From contig JAUCBJ010008242.1 of assembly GCA_032718475.1 (NCBI GenBank), forward strand, positions 62,001 through 126,000: a stretch of 64,000 nucleotides of DNA, written 5' to 3'. Below are positions 24,092 through 36,680 of the stretch, one piece after another. Under the pieces are notes generated by a model. It was given only the letters and a program-made list of their open reading frames with translations. It did not search any database and was not told where the DNA came from. Position 1 is the stretch's first letter; each line of letters opens with the position of its first letter. The DNA is from Nemertoderma westbladi. Taxonomy: Eukaryota; Animalia; Xenacoelomorpha. Position numbers and translations under genes: made by a program.

Positions 24092-24619
24092 TGTGACGGG
24101 ATCCAAGAGGGATCCCGGTTTATCCGGTTTTAGTTCACGCGTCCCCGCCGTGTATAAAGAGTGAATAAGTTCGTGCTGTTTGTCGTATATAATATGATAT
24201 GCAGGTATAGATATAGATATAGATATATTGTCGTATACGGAAGGCGGGATACGGTAACTAAAGTCCCGGTCCTTCCCTAGCTAAACTATTGTAACCTAAT
24301 CTAGCACCGGTATTGCACTGAGATAACTGAATTGGTATTATTACTGCCAAGTGGCTATATTGCACGGTTGGCCTTGTTACTAGGTGCCTTTCCCCCCTCT
24401 GATTGGTTGATACCCTTGTTGGCGCCCTTTGGAGTGTTCCCGTTCACTCCACCTATTCTCTCTGGGTTAGGGGTTTGGCCCCTGACCCTCATTGTGTGCT
24501 TCTCCTTCCCATTCTCATTGGGATGGCACGAGTTGGTTAATTACCCAATCTCGTGGCTCCCAATATTGCTTATCGGCTTATAACTTTATGGGGTGTTAGC
24601 AGGATTGAATAAGCTAACA
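24092..24619 (-). repeat. 5' LTR of inner BEL element (528 bp)
   Basis: Direct copy of 10707-11243; gag ATG lies 70 bp downstream at 24022. Confidence 0.97.
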
Positions 24620-27600
24620 CTACGATTTCTGTGGTGGCCTGAAGGAGACCTCAACCAGAAACCGGTGGAGTATTGGATAACCATCCAGGCTTTTGGGATC
24701 ATCTCAAGCCCTTCAAATGCCTGCTCAGTGGTGTGCACCACTGCTGATGACAACCGGGACGCCTTCTCTAAAGAGGTTATAGACAACATCAAACAGGATA
24801 TATATATGGACGACAATTTAAAGTCCCTCCCATCGGTGGAAGAAGCCATTGATGTCGCCAAAGGAACGGCAGAGTGCTTGAAAAGAGGTGGATTTCGATT
24901 AACTAAATTCACCAGCAACTCCCGTGAGTTTCTGGAATCGATCCCGGTAGAAGATCGAGGAGTTAAAGATCTAGACCTAATCAAGGACGATCTTCCAGAA
25001 ACCAAGACGCTTGGTTTGAAGTGGGATACAGAGAGAGATATCCTGTTTTTCCAGCTAAAACAGCAAGATAATCCAGTTCGGACTAAACGGATTTGTTTAA
25101 GTATTCTGAGCACTTATTTCGACCCATTGGGATTTATTAGCCCAGTTATATTGATTGCTCGGAGTTTAGTACAACAAATGTGGCTTGAAAACCACTCATG
25201 GGACGATCCACTTAAGGGAGAACTATTAAAGAAGTGGATGAAATGGGAAGATTCTCTACCATCCATCGAGAACTTTATAATTTCCCGTTCATATTTTGGT
25301 CATGTTCTCCCTACGTATTCCTATCAACTCCATGTGTTTGGAGACGCCAGCGATATGGGAATAGGTATAGTAGCCTACCTGAGAGTTGAAACTCCGGATG
25401 GAATCAAAGTCGCCTTGGTTACCTCTAAGGCCTCCAAGTAACATAAAGGACCCCCTTGGAAATAAGCTGCAAAGCTTTAGGGGTAATCCTATATGTTATG
25501 TTGGACAATACCTTCATACCGGTACATTGTTTGGTGTATTTGTTATTGTTTTTACATAATGTATAAATAAATCTATCTATAAATCTATCTATCTATCTAA
25601 GGCATTGATAAACAACAAGTTGAAAGTTCCTCGAGCGGAGTTAAAAGCTGCTCTATACGCTACAGCCATCGGCCGGAATGTAACGGAAGAGATAGACTAT
25701 CCACTGGAGAAAACTGTCTATTGGACCGATGCTTTGCTCGTGTTGGAGTATATCACCAATGAAGTCTGTCAGTTCAGCGTCTTCGTTACCAACAGAGTCG
25801 CCATTATACTTAGTCGTACGAAGATAGATCAATGGAGACATTGCCCTGGGACGATTAATCCAGCCGACATCGCCTCCAGGGGAGCAACTCCGCAAGAACT
25901 GATAGATACTCCAGACTGGTTAGGTGGACCCGACTTCCTAAGCAAAGAAGAGGATGAATGGCCTCCTCATCTTACCACGGCTGAGATTAGACAAGCCAAG
26001 GGAGCGGAGAAAGTCAAACCTAAAACCCGGGCGAGTAAATCGAAGTTATTTAAACCTGTGATAGATCTGTCTGTACTACACACTTCCGGAAACGACGCTT
26101 TGGATCCACAATCCCCCGCCACAAATAAGTCTGTTGTGGAAATCAGAGAGAGAGATTGGAAATCTGGAACGCCAGACGTCTCGCAAGGACTCTCACCCCT
26201 CCTGCAGAGAGCGATACATCACTATAGTTCCTGGAATCGGCTCTGTAAGGCCGTTACATATTTAAAGCGATGTTTTCATCATCACTACTACAGGACGAAG
26301 ACCACTAGTGATACCGCTCCACTGACATCTGCGCAGGTCCATGTTGTTAAAGATCTTCCCAAATACAAGATATCCGACAGGTTTCTGAAGGAGAAGATCA
26401 GTTACCAGGAGCATGAAGAAACCAATAAGCAGATACTGAGACTCCTGCAATGCTATGAGGATTCCGATAAGTATTTCCTGTTGTTGAGAAATCCACAGAT
26501 GCGCTTAAGGGATCGTTTCTCTAGCACAATGATAGATGGGTTAATACGTGTTGGAGGAAGACTAACTAATGCTCCATTATCCTTTGACACTAAGTTTCCC
26601 ATACTCATTAGAAATCTTGAAATACAAATCAAGATGATTGTAGATGTTCACAGTAAGCTTTATCATGCTGGTAGAGAACGAGTTCTTAGCAAAATTCGAA
26701 CTCGCTATTATTTTTATAAACCCCGTAGAGCTCTGAACTAAGTTCTTAGGAACTGCATACCCTGTAGGAAAGCATTCAGTAGGCCTTTAACACAGCGAGA
26801 GGCAGAATTACCTAGGGAACGAGTAAGCTTCTATGAACCACCCTTTACTAATACCAGTGTGGATTTATTTGGCCCTATTGAAGTATATCGTGCTAGGACT
26901 ATAGTCAAGAGATGGTGTGTCATCTTTGTCTGTATGACTTGTAGAGCTATCCATCTCGATATGGTGAACGATTTATCTACCAATAGCTTCATATTGAGCT
27001 TACGCCGACAGATCGCTCGCTTTGGAACTAGTAACACGATGAGATCTGATAAGGGAACGAACTTCATTGGTGCCAACAATGAAATCAAGGCTTACGTCAA
27101 AGATTGGAACCAAAGACAGGCGGACGATCAGCTAAGGGTAACAGCGTCTAGCTGGACCTTCAACGCCGCCGACGCCCCTTGGTGGGGAGGAAGTTGGGAG
27201 AGATTAATCAGGAGCGTGAAGACCGCATTTCACTTTATAGTGCCTTGCCGCGCGTATCTCACCGACGAACTTTTGCGGACGTTAATGGAGGAAATCGCCG
27301 CCTATCTCAATGAGAGACCGCTTATGCCAGTCTCATCGAGTCCCGATTCCCTGGAAGCGCTAACACCCACGCACTTCCTACTGAAGAAACCTGTAGCCAT
27401 GCTCCCACGATCGGAAATCACGGACGGAGACGAATACTGCTGGCAAACTTGGCAACTTATGCAGTTGTTATCCCGTCGTTTCGCTGACCATTTCGAAAAA
27501 CATTATCTGCCTACGCTACAACTTCGAACTAAGTGGTTTGCGCAGCAAGAAAACGTCAGCGCCGGAGACATGGTCCTTATTGTGGATTCAGATCTTCCAC

Positions 27601-27860
27601 GGAAGCGGTGGCAGACAGGTCGTATCATCGAGACTCATATCTCTGATGATGGTTTGGTGCGATCGGTAGAACTCGTCGTCATGCGATGTAACTTTAAGAA
27701 ACCGGGAATTGTCTTCGAGACACAGCAACTCAATCGCCCAGTTGGTCGTTTATGTTTACTGGAAAGATACAGAGAACTCTCCGGAAACTATGGAAGGCAA
27801 GATACTCTTCCTACGACCACCTCCCTAATCCAACAAACATCTAGGGACTCCCCAACGTAA
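24620..27860 (+). pseudogene. pol: Outer BEL pol, second part (RT, RNase H, integrase), with a 164-bp insertion and a nonsense codon at 26739
   Basis: Removing the inner element restores DSLRFLWW; YMDD; DPLGFISP; VFGDAS; VPRAEL; H..H..C..C zinc finger spans the stop; DDE core. Confidence 0.94.
25432..25595 (+). mobile_element. 5'-truncated non-LTR retroposon/SINE 3' end inserted in the outer pol
   Basis: 8-bp TSD TCTAAGGC (25424-25431 / 25596-25603); AATAAA then (ATCT)n tail; removal restores VTSKALINNKLKVPRAEL. Confidence 0.88.
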
Positions 27861-28417
27861 CAGCGTCTGGAGTGGGTGTGTGACTATATTATTTTATATT
27901 TGTTCTTATTATTTTATATTTATGTATGTATTATTATGTAATTTTATTATAATCGTTTTCTTTAATTTTATTTAGTAGAATGTTATTTTAGAGATTATTT
28001 AGTAGATTAGTGCAATATATATTAGTGTTTATTACTTACTTACTTCTATTAAATTATATATTTAGTGCGACGGCGAGAAATAATTCTTTTTCTCTTTCCT
28101 TACTGTCCGTATTACATTATAAATACGTGACTACAGTAAGATGAAATATCCGTACTTATTAAAGTACAATAAAGCTCCTACTATATTCAAGTATTATTGG
28201 TAAGTAGAGTATTAGGAATGCAAAGTTCAGATCCTCGTGTCTCGGCTAAACCAAGCTCTGGGTAGACCTTGGAAACGACTTGCCTCTTCTCACTGACATT
28301 GCTTCTTGCGATATTGCTCTCATACCGTATATTAAATAATACATATAGTAGCGTGATGTCCCTTTAACAGTAGCGTAAAACGCAAAATAAATCTGTTAAA
28401 CCCTTTGACCATCTGTA

Positions 28418-28746
28418 ATTCTAGTCGATTAAGATATCGCGGCACCCACCGATATACTTAAAAGACTAAATTCTAGAATCAATGGTTAACGTCCCCAGAC
28501 ATGTTCTGGAATAAACCGGTGCCCATCTTAAATATTAACTATTAATATTTATAAAATCTGTCAAACAAATACAATAGAGTAACTACTTACAAGTTAACTC
28601 TAGAGAATCTATAAATTAAAATCTGTCAAAATTTAGATCCTTTAAAATTCTAGTCAATTAAGATATCGTAGCACTTACCGATACTCTTAAAAGGACAAAT
28701 TTCCTAGAATCAAGGATCCCAGTCCCCAGATATGTTCTGGAATAAA
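28418..28746 (+). repeat. Two diverged ~100-bp direct repeats in the 3' non-coding region of the outer element
   Basis: attctagtcgattaagatatcg...gtccccagacatgttctggaataaa at ~28418-28516 and ~28646-28746. Confidence 0.8.
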
Positions 28747-29570
28747 ATTGTTTCTATTTTAATATTAAATAATAAAATTTACGGGAATAAATTTAAATTC
28801 ATTTCTTTTAATGAATTTGATAAATTGTCATTTTTATACAATTTATAACATTCCCAAAATTCCATTAATTAATAGATCATGGGAGCGGAGATCCACCCTA
28901 TTAAGTATATTAGTGTGCGAGAATCTCCAATATATAGTCAATAGCCGATAAAATTCATAAAATCATGTATAACGAGGAATATTGACAATTAAAGAATTAC
29001 TATTAAATAGCATCCCAGATCTGTATGCATGAGAATTACCCTAATTCTACTGCTAGCTTTCCATAATGTCATCATGGCAACAACCACGCTAGAATTAGAA
29101 GTGAGTTAAAAGAACAATAGAAAAGCTTGCCCCATTGAATAGCATAAGGAATAAATAGCACACTGCTAGTATCCAAGGATACCCAATAATAACGTGGCAT
29201 TCTGGAAGGCACTTGACTAACGGACAAATGGCCCGAATGTGTGCGGTTTGTGACAGTTGTGTGGAATTTGTGCATTTATAGGTGAATGTTACTACTAAAG
29301 TGTGTTTACAGTAGCGAGTCGCAATTGTGAAAGTAGCCCTAACTCTCCAGTAAGAACCTGAAGTAAATCTAAGCCTTTGGGACAGACGGTGGAGTGACTC
29401 GCGCTGGTTGTTGTGGTCGTTGTGCAGCTACTATGTTGGCGATAGGCACATCGGCGAAAGTACACCAGCGCTGAGGATCTTGCGCTGTCCGGGGGCCGAG
29501 AGGGGTAGGCAGCGACGCCCTCTAGCCTAATTATAACTAATTATAATATTGATAAACTCATATAGCAGCT

Positions 29571-31110
29571 ATGACTGAGTTGATAGAGGATGATCTTGGT
29601 ATCAGGGAGAAATATACGCTACCGTTGCAAGCGTTTGTTGATAGCTTGATACGCAGCGACGCTAGTCCAACTACTACGTAGGACGGTGGTCGTTATATGA
29701 TGTCCCAGGAGCAACTTACGCGTGAATTGGACTATCGAAAATTCACTGCTCGCTATACGCATCGTAATGGTACGCATTTGGACTTCTTAACTACTGGTCA
29801 TCCTATCGATTTACACGATACGGACGATGTCGACACCGAAAGGGAAATGGTACTATTTAAATATCCTACCCAGCGGAGTCGGAACGATAAACTGAAAATC
29901 GAATGCGAAAATTCTATTCGAAATCGACTCGAAAGAGAAGACGTTAAAGAACCGGACAAACGCAGTAACTCCAACGTATATTTAGAATTCTTGAGAGAAA
30001 CGTTGTAAAACCGAATAAATATCACCCGTGTTTCCCCTACAAGACTTGCGTCTTTGGTATTATTGCGATGAATGCCCAAAACCCAACCAACAAACGTAAA
30101 GATATAAACATCCGCGGAGACGTTGCTTTAAACACGGTTTTACTCGCTATATTTACGGGAGTTTCGAGCGAAACTTGTTCGATGTATCACCTACGCTCGC
30201 TCGATTCAAACGATCCTTAAATAAACCTATGATCAGAGTTCCGGAATACTCGGTCAGACCTCCTCATTCCCTAGTTAGACCTCAGACTCTTGATCCTAAT
30301 AGTATCACGGATCCTCCCGAACTGTACTCACTGTTCAAAGATCTAGTGTTACCCGAACAGTTAGTCGGTGGCACTCCGGTTGTGGGCTCCCTAAATATTC
30401 ACCCATCTTACCTAGTCGGATTGGGACGCGGACATCTAATATCGCCATTCAACCGTATCATCGTCCCTGTTTAACCCGATACAACCTGTCACCAAGGCGG
30501 AGGAGAGAGTTGTATGAAACGCGTTAGACACTATTCGTCAAAAGATCGGAAAAGGAACCTACAATTGTTTAGAGAAACGTAAATTGCAGCAGCAAGTCCA
30601 AGCGGTAAACGAATTAGCTTTATCTCAGTTCGATCAGGAAATCCAGAATCTCCAAGAAGATATCGAACTTGGACGACTCTACTCTAAAAGAGTTTCAGAC
30701 GAATGCTTCCAACAACAAGCGGAGGAAAATCAGCTTGAGGAGAAGCATATCGATTCCGATAGAGCCCGAGAACGCGAGTTGAAAGAATCATCAAACCGAG
30801 GAAATTTCTCACTACACACGGTCCACCTACCGCTCTTGTGCAGACGAATCGTCAGGGACCAATAAGAGCTGCTGTCTTAAAATGCGCTCTCAAGGTTGTT
30901 CGATCTCGTTCCACTGAGGTTGATATAGATCAGCCAGGTACCTCGACCGGCGGATACATCGACTGTAATTCTAAACCTTCCGATGCAATTATATTGCACC
31001 CTTCACCCAGGAGTTATAGCCCTCCTAGTAAAGTGGCTCGCCCCAAAGAGAAAAGGACTCTTGCTAGCCTCAAAAGACTGCGTAAACGCCGTCCGCGCAA
31101 GAAAGACTAA
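29571..31110 (+). pseudogene. Decayed accessory ORF of unknown function between integrase and 3' LTR of the outer BEL element
   Basis: ATG at 29571 in frame with 29697-30008 across one TAG; further collinear fragments 30175-30474, 30584-30865 and 30838-31110; coiled-coil-like segment and basic C-terminus KRLRKRRPRKKD. Confidence 0.6.
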
Positions 31111-31187
31111 CTGTTTAGAGTATTTTTATATTTTAGAAACTATGATTTTTATATTTTATAGAATTAAATCCCATTTTCTGGGAGCGG

Positions 31188-32362
31188 TGTAAAGGCTTTT
31201 GCGGAATTAGCTGGTTATTTTCCCCGCAAAGTACTCTGTAGGCGTTTTAGCGGACATAAAAAGCCGTTTCCTTACTGTACAGGTGTTTTAGTGGACATAA
31301 AAAGCCATTTCTTCTGTATGTGTACTTTAGCGGACATAACTAGCGATTTTATGTCACAATACGCCAAAATACTCTTGATACAGTGTAGTTCAAGATGACG
31401 ACATCTATCAGCTGATATGTCCACGTGTAACTTTTTCTTTGTTCTTTGTTCGGTCGACCAATCAGAGCGATTTTCATTTATTTGTACAGAAACCTCCGGG
31501 AAATCGCGCAATGCATTATGGTTTATGTTTACCTTTTTTCCTGATGCCAGAACACCGGCTGTGGAATTATTCTGTGTTTCAGACTTTAGCCAAAACATTA
31601 GAACGGCTTTGATCATAGAAACGTATAACTGTTATTCTGCCATACCTGGCATACCAGACTTGCCGTACCTCTCACCGCATTATTTTACTGCTATTTACTG
31701 TCGGTTATTAATTGTATCAGTTGATGGAATATTGTTATATTTGGAGAATATCGATAAATAACCATAAAACCCCAATATTCTTGATATACTGAAGGTGAGA
31801 GACCGGTTACATATAGCAATTGCGACTTACATTAAAGTGGTTTTGGAGTGAATTTAATGCTATTTCATAGGCCCTACAGGTGTCAGTTGCTGTTCTCTTT
31901 ATATGTGACTAAAATTAGTGAAGGTCGGCAGATCGGTGTGCCGCATTGTGCAGTAGTGTGCATGACTGTGACAGATAACAAAGCATCTCCTAAAGAATGC
32001 GCTTTATACGTGAATCATTAGCCATCCCGTTGTGTTTAGTGTAAGTCATAACTCTGTTTACATACTTAGAGCGCCACGTCCTAAAGGAACTGTTGATATT
32101 TCCCGAAAGTGAATAATATTTGTCAGAGATTATATATTAACGATCAATCGAATAATACAGTAGGCCTACACCGCAATAAGGTCAGAGCTTCCGAATCCAG
32201 TCTCCCGGGTAAATCCAGCGGGTGAATGGTCGCGCATAGGCTGGCTTCGGCTAATGTAGTTTTATGTGTATCAAATACTCGTCATAGGCTAAAGTCGATT
32301 TATAACCTAGAAGACACCTAAATTTGGCAGGTTAAACTGCTAAAGGTCTAAAAGCGCGAACA
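31188..32362 (+). repeat. 3' LTR of outer BEL element
   Basis: Direct copy of 3308-4482, preceded by short purine tract GGGAGCGG and followed by TSD GATAG. Confidence 0.97.
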
Positions 32363-33438
32363 GATAGTGAGTCACCCTGAAGAACACCGCGTTGTTGGCG
32401 AATCAGATTTGTGACCTTAATGCCGTCGTAAACCCGGAAATAGTTTGAAGTCAGAGCTCTAATTATGTTAAAAAGTTTGCCTTTACGCCGCTTTTGTGTA
32501 GTTTTGATAATAGCACTGTACGACACTGATCGAATCAAACGCCTTTCGTAAGTCCACAAAGACAGCATGTGTGGCGAGATTCTGAACTAGGTGCGTTTAG
32601 CGAGGAAGCGATGTCGGAAAGGAGTAGCTCGATCGCACCGATAGTTGACCTCCCAGAGGAAAAACCGTATTGTTCAGGGGGGATTACCGAGGGATCAATG
32701 TTCCGCCGAATTCTCAAGTTTATTATGACAGTAAAAATCTTTAGGAATACACTTAACAATGCAATGCCTCTGTAATTGTCGGGACTGGAGATTGCACCTT
32801 TCCCTTTGTAGAGTATATCTAAATGGAAGGTTGCTTAGATTGAGACATGTGTTATATAAGAGAACCATGAATACGAGAACAAACGGTGCCGATTGTTTCA
32901 GATGTTCATAGTAGATCCGATCTGGACCACTGGCTTTATTGTTGGAAGAGTTGGTTAATACCCTCTGAATCTCCACTTCTGAGATCGGATCGTTAAACCA
33001 CTCCGACTCTTCCAGTTCGGAGCTGGTAGTTATTGGGATGGGAGGAGCGTTCGATGGCTCATTGCTCATTCCAAGAACAGAGCGAAAGTGACTCTCGAGT
33101 CGCGTTGATTCGATGGGTGCGATTGTTGGTTTATATTCCTTCAGTAGGTTCCATGGTTTTACATGGAGTGTGTTCTCCTCGAATAATTCACGTTTCCGTT
33201 TAACGAGGAGTTTATATTCCTTCCGAAGATTCCAATAACGTTGTCTGTCCACCTCGGAGTTTTGTCGAAGCAGCATGACATTCATTACGGTTTCCTTTAG
33301 ATTTTTACAATGAGAGTCAAACCATGGCTTTCCATAATGGGAGTGACTTTGTTTTGGCACAGTTGATTTGATGAGTGCACTTGTTAGGATCTCCGTAGCG
33401 TTATCGATATCATTCACATTGAGGATTGTGTATTGCAA
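32363..33438 (-). pseudogene. LINE ORF2, 5' part (linker and RT N-terminus) of the element split by the outer BEL; 5'-truncated and frameshifted
   Basis: KPWFDSHC, NKASGPDRIYYE, EQYGFSSGRST, RGVLQGDSL. Confidence 0.9.
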
Positions 33439-34017
33439 GTAGATAGGTCTACCTATTGACTGACTGAACTGATAGTAAACTACTGTAAGTTATAGGTTAT
33501 ACAGTAGCTATGTATTGTAACTGTACGTATAGGTATACTGTAGGTAACTTGTAAGATTTTATCATAAAATAATATAATGTCTGAGAGGCAGTTGACATGT
33601 CCATTGAAGTTTGCTTCTGAAACCGCACTATCGTATAACAAGACTAGAGACCATAAGGACGTTAACTACGTTACAGTTGAAGTACGGCGAGGTTTATTAC
33701 TGTCGAAAACTATTAAATTATATATAGGCCCTATTTTCGCCGTGGATGCTGTGGTTCCGACGGCAGATCTCTGCAACTGCAGTATCGTAACCGGTACTAT
33801 GGTGGGTCAACATCTACCCATACAAGCGCTCACCGGCATTGTTCGATCTGTTATCAAACTTTCGGTTTCCGTTCACATTATTAACGACACTTCGTGAAGT
33901 CCCATTGCCTGACTGCATTACTTCCAATAAAATGTGCGCCAAATAGTGTATTTAAACCGCGGCGGGTCCGAAATACTACTACTACTAGGATCGGCATGCT
34001 GCATTGCAGCTGCATTT

Positions 34018-34680
34018 TTAAGAATGCTGTGCCGGCTTGTCAACAAAATTGCACCGCCACAACTCCCTATCACCCATGACATTTGCTAGATCATCCACAT
34101 CTTTAAGGCCAGTGTCCTTTAAGATGCGTCTCAAGAAAGTCATGGGCTGTCCACCATGCTTATTCACTCCATGAGGCTGCCAAAGTACAAGATTATGCAC
34201 TGGCTGGTCCTCACGGCGAAAGCAATGTCCTGCAAAGCGGAGGCGATTTTGTTCTAGTGTCAAGCTTGGGGGAACCAATGAGACACCTCCAATGTTATAT
34301 AGTGTCTGGTTGGAGATGTGTGCATTGTACTTGACACAATGAACCCGGCGTAGCATTCTTGTGAATGTGCCATCCAGAGATTTGGTGTCCTCAGCAGTTA
34401 GAGCCCAGCATGGACTCCCGTAGAGGAGTACTGGAACTACTGCTGCTCTAAATAATCGGACCTTAAGTTTCCGATTAATTCTCGGTGACTTCCAAATCCT
34501 GGAAAGCCTATTCAAGGCTGCCCATGCCTTTCCCTTACGTATTCGAAGGTCCTCACCTGACTTCCGGATCCATGATCCCAGGTAACAGAAGTCGTCCACA
34601 TGCTCAAGCATACCATCCTTTGAGCTTATGCTCATCCGATCAGAGACTTGCTGATGACTTTCAAAGTCCGAAATAGCGCC
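34018..34680 (-). pseudogene. 3' fragment of an RTE-like LINE (RT C-terminal region)
   Basis: VDDFCYLGS, LKVRLFRAAVVPVLLYGS.CW, RMLRR, RLRFAGHCFRR, DRELWR. Confidence 0.85.
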
Positions 34681-36680
34681 AATACCAACCTACCGGTACT
34701 AGAAAATTAAAAAATAAAAGTAAAAAAACCCTGATATTTAATTGAAACATCTCATTAGTTTGGATTTGGAACATAATACTAGAAATTATTGTTCGGCCTA
34801 CAGTATTCGTATAATCGGCGGAGAATTTTATTTATTTGTGTGGAATTAATTTCGCACTACCAAATCGTCAGTGCGACATATTTTCCAGCTTTATATCGCA
34901 GTATCGCAGTGCGACATTATTTCTCAGTTTGTCCCTACTGTACGTCATACATTTTACTATGATGTCCAGTATGTCACAGCGTCATTCAGTCATTATTAAA
35001 AGGTTTCTCTAGAAAGTTTGAGTGCATAACTACAAATAATTCCCCCCACAAATAAATAAAAGTTGATTCGCCATTGTTCAAAATTAGCACATTAAAGCTT
35101 TTACCACCCTCGTTATATTATTTCCCTCGCCGTCGCTCGGGAAACAAAATCGCTCGTGCCGTAACGCTATAATGCGCTATTTTTTAAACAATGACGTATT
35201 TATTATAGTTAATATCATTTCATCAATGTGTCAACATGTCAATAATTAACAATTCAATATACTGTATGTATGTATTACTGTATTATTGATATACAATATT
35301 TGTATATTTGATATACAATTATTGTATTATACAGTGTATTTATGTGGTGTTCTTTTGACTTTTAAGAAACACACAAAACTCAAATTGAATCAATTCATCT
35401 TTTGACTTTTAAGAAACACACAAAACTCAAATTTAATCAATTTTTAACAATACAAAATGTAAAAGAAACGTGAGCGAAATTTTTTGTGGCAAATTCTTGT
35501 TTTCACTTCTGCACTCACTTTAAGAGCTTTGAGAGCACGAGGACGAGCTTTGAGAGCCCTGTCGCTCCATGCCAGGGCACTCGAATTACTCTTACTTCGC
35601 GACAGATATATTCACCTAACTGGTGTATTTATTGCAGTCGGATCCATTGGAAGCATGGCATCCTTGTTGATGGTGTTATATCTTTACCGTGCCGCATTAT
35701 TCATAGCGTAGATACTCATCGAAATCAAAGATCCCTCCAATTTCACTGTCCGTTTATTGAATGTTTACAAACAATTTCTGGTAAACAAAATTTTTTGTTG
35801 CATTTATCGACCATCCACAATGCAATATACAGCAAAATCGACAAGAGTTTAGTTTATATTGTACGGCAGGTGTCCGTTTGAGTATGACGTTGCTGTATCC
35901 TCTGCTAGAATTAATAATGTCGCAACATGTAGCAGTTATACCAGCGCCAGCCAAGATAACTCCAGCGCGAATATAGCCTTCCCTATGGACGTTGAAGAAG
36001 ACCAGTCCCAGCGTCAAGAGTGGTCGGAACTTTTGTTGAACTCTGTACTAGACTGAAATTTAGTAAATCGGCAGTGATCCCAACATTTACAGTACCTATT
36101 TTTAATCTCCCTTTCAAACACTTACCCATTTTTAATCTGTCCAACTTACCTATTTTTATTATGGAATTTACCCCTTCTCCACCCCAGGGTAGTGTACTCG
36201 GTCCCTGTACTCCTTAAATATAGCTAGATAGCGATAATAAATAAAATAATACATTATACTGTATAGGCCTAATACTGTATGGGGACTTGGTATGTATGTT
36301 GTTGTTATAATCCTCCATTTATATTGACACAACGATAATAAAATATGCATAACTTTACAAGCTATGTCCTACGTACCGGTAACTCATACTGCAGCCTGTC
36401 CAAGGGTTCAGATCAGGCAGTCTGATAGTTGATCCTCTGGGGCGAGCCATATATCCGCGATGTGCTTTTATACATCGTAGTCATTGTGCATAATACGACA
36501 CCCCCTTTCGAGCTCGTTGCAACCCATATGTAGCACCGAGCTTAGTGCGAACTAAAACCGATGTGAATTCTGGGTCTATCAGTTTGTACTCATAGTTTGG
36601 GTTTGACCCGTCTCGTATACTTTTTGTTCGGATATAGACACTACGCGCCTACTAAGTTTCCCATTTAAGTGGAGCCTTGT

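Larger units (their letters stand above)
10707..24619 (-). mobile_element. BEL/Pao LTR retrotransposon (inner element, 13.9 kb) with an accessory exonuclease ORF
   Basis: LTRs 10707-11243 and 24092-24619 (TGT...ACA); TSD CTACA/CTACG (one mismatch); PPT GGGGGGGAG at 11244-11252; gag-PR-RT-RH-IN order with BEL motifs (DIEGMFNQV, YVDD, YDPLGLASP, FSDAS, VPKLEL, NPADLLSRG, SDNGTNF). Confidence 0.97.
3308..32362 (+). mobile_element. BEL/Pao LTR retrotransposon (outer element, ~15 kb once nested inserts are removed)
   Basis: 1175-bp direct LTRs TGT...ACA; 5-bp TSD GATAG (3303-3307 / 32363-32367); gag with BEL-type triple Cys/His cluster, PR (LLDSGS), RT (DIEGMFLQV, YMDD), RNase H (VFGDAS, WTDA, NPADIASRG), IN (DLFGP, SDKGTNF, WERLIRSVK). 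Confidence 0.97.

Noticed and set aside
35484-36056. Short overlapping ORFs, possibly a transposase or gene remnant
   Set aside because: No motif I can recognise and the frames are inconsistent
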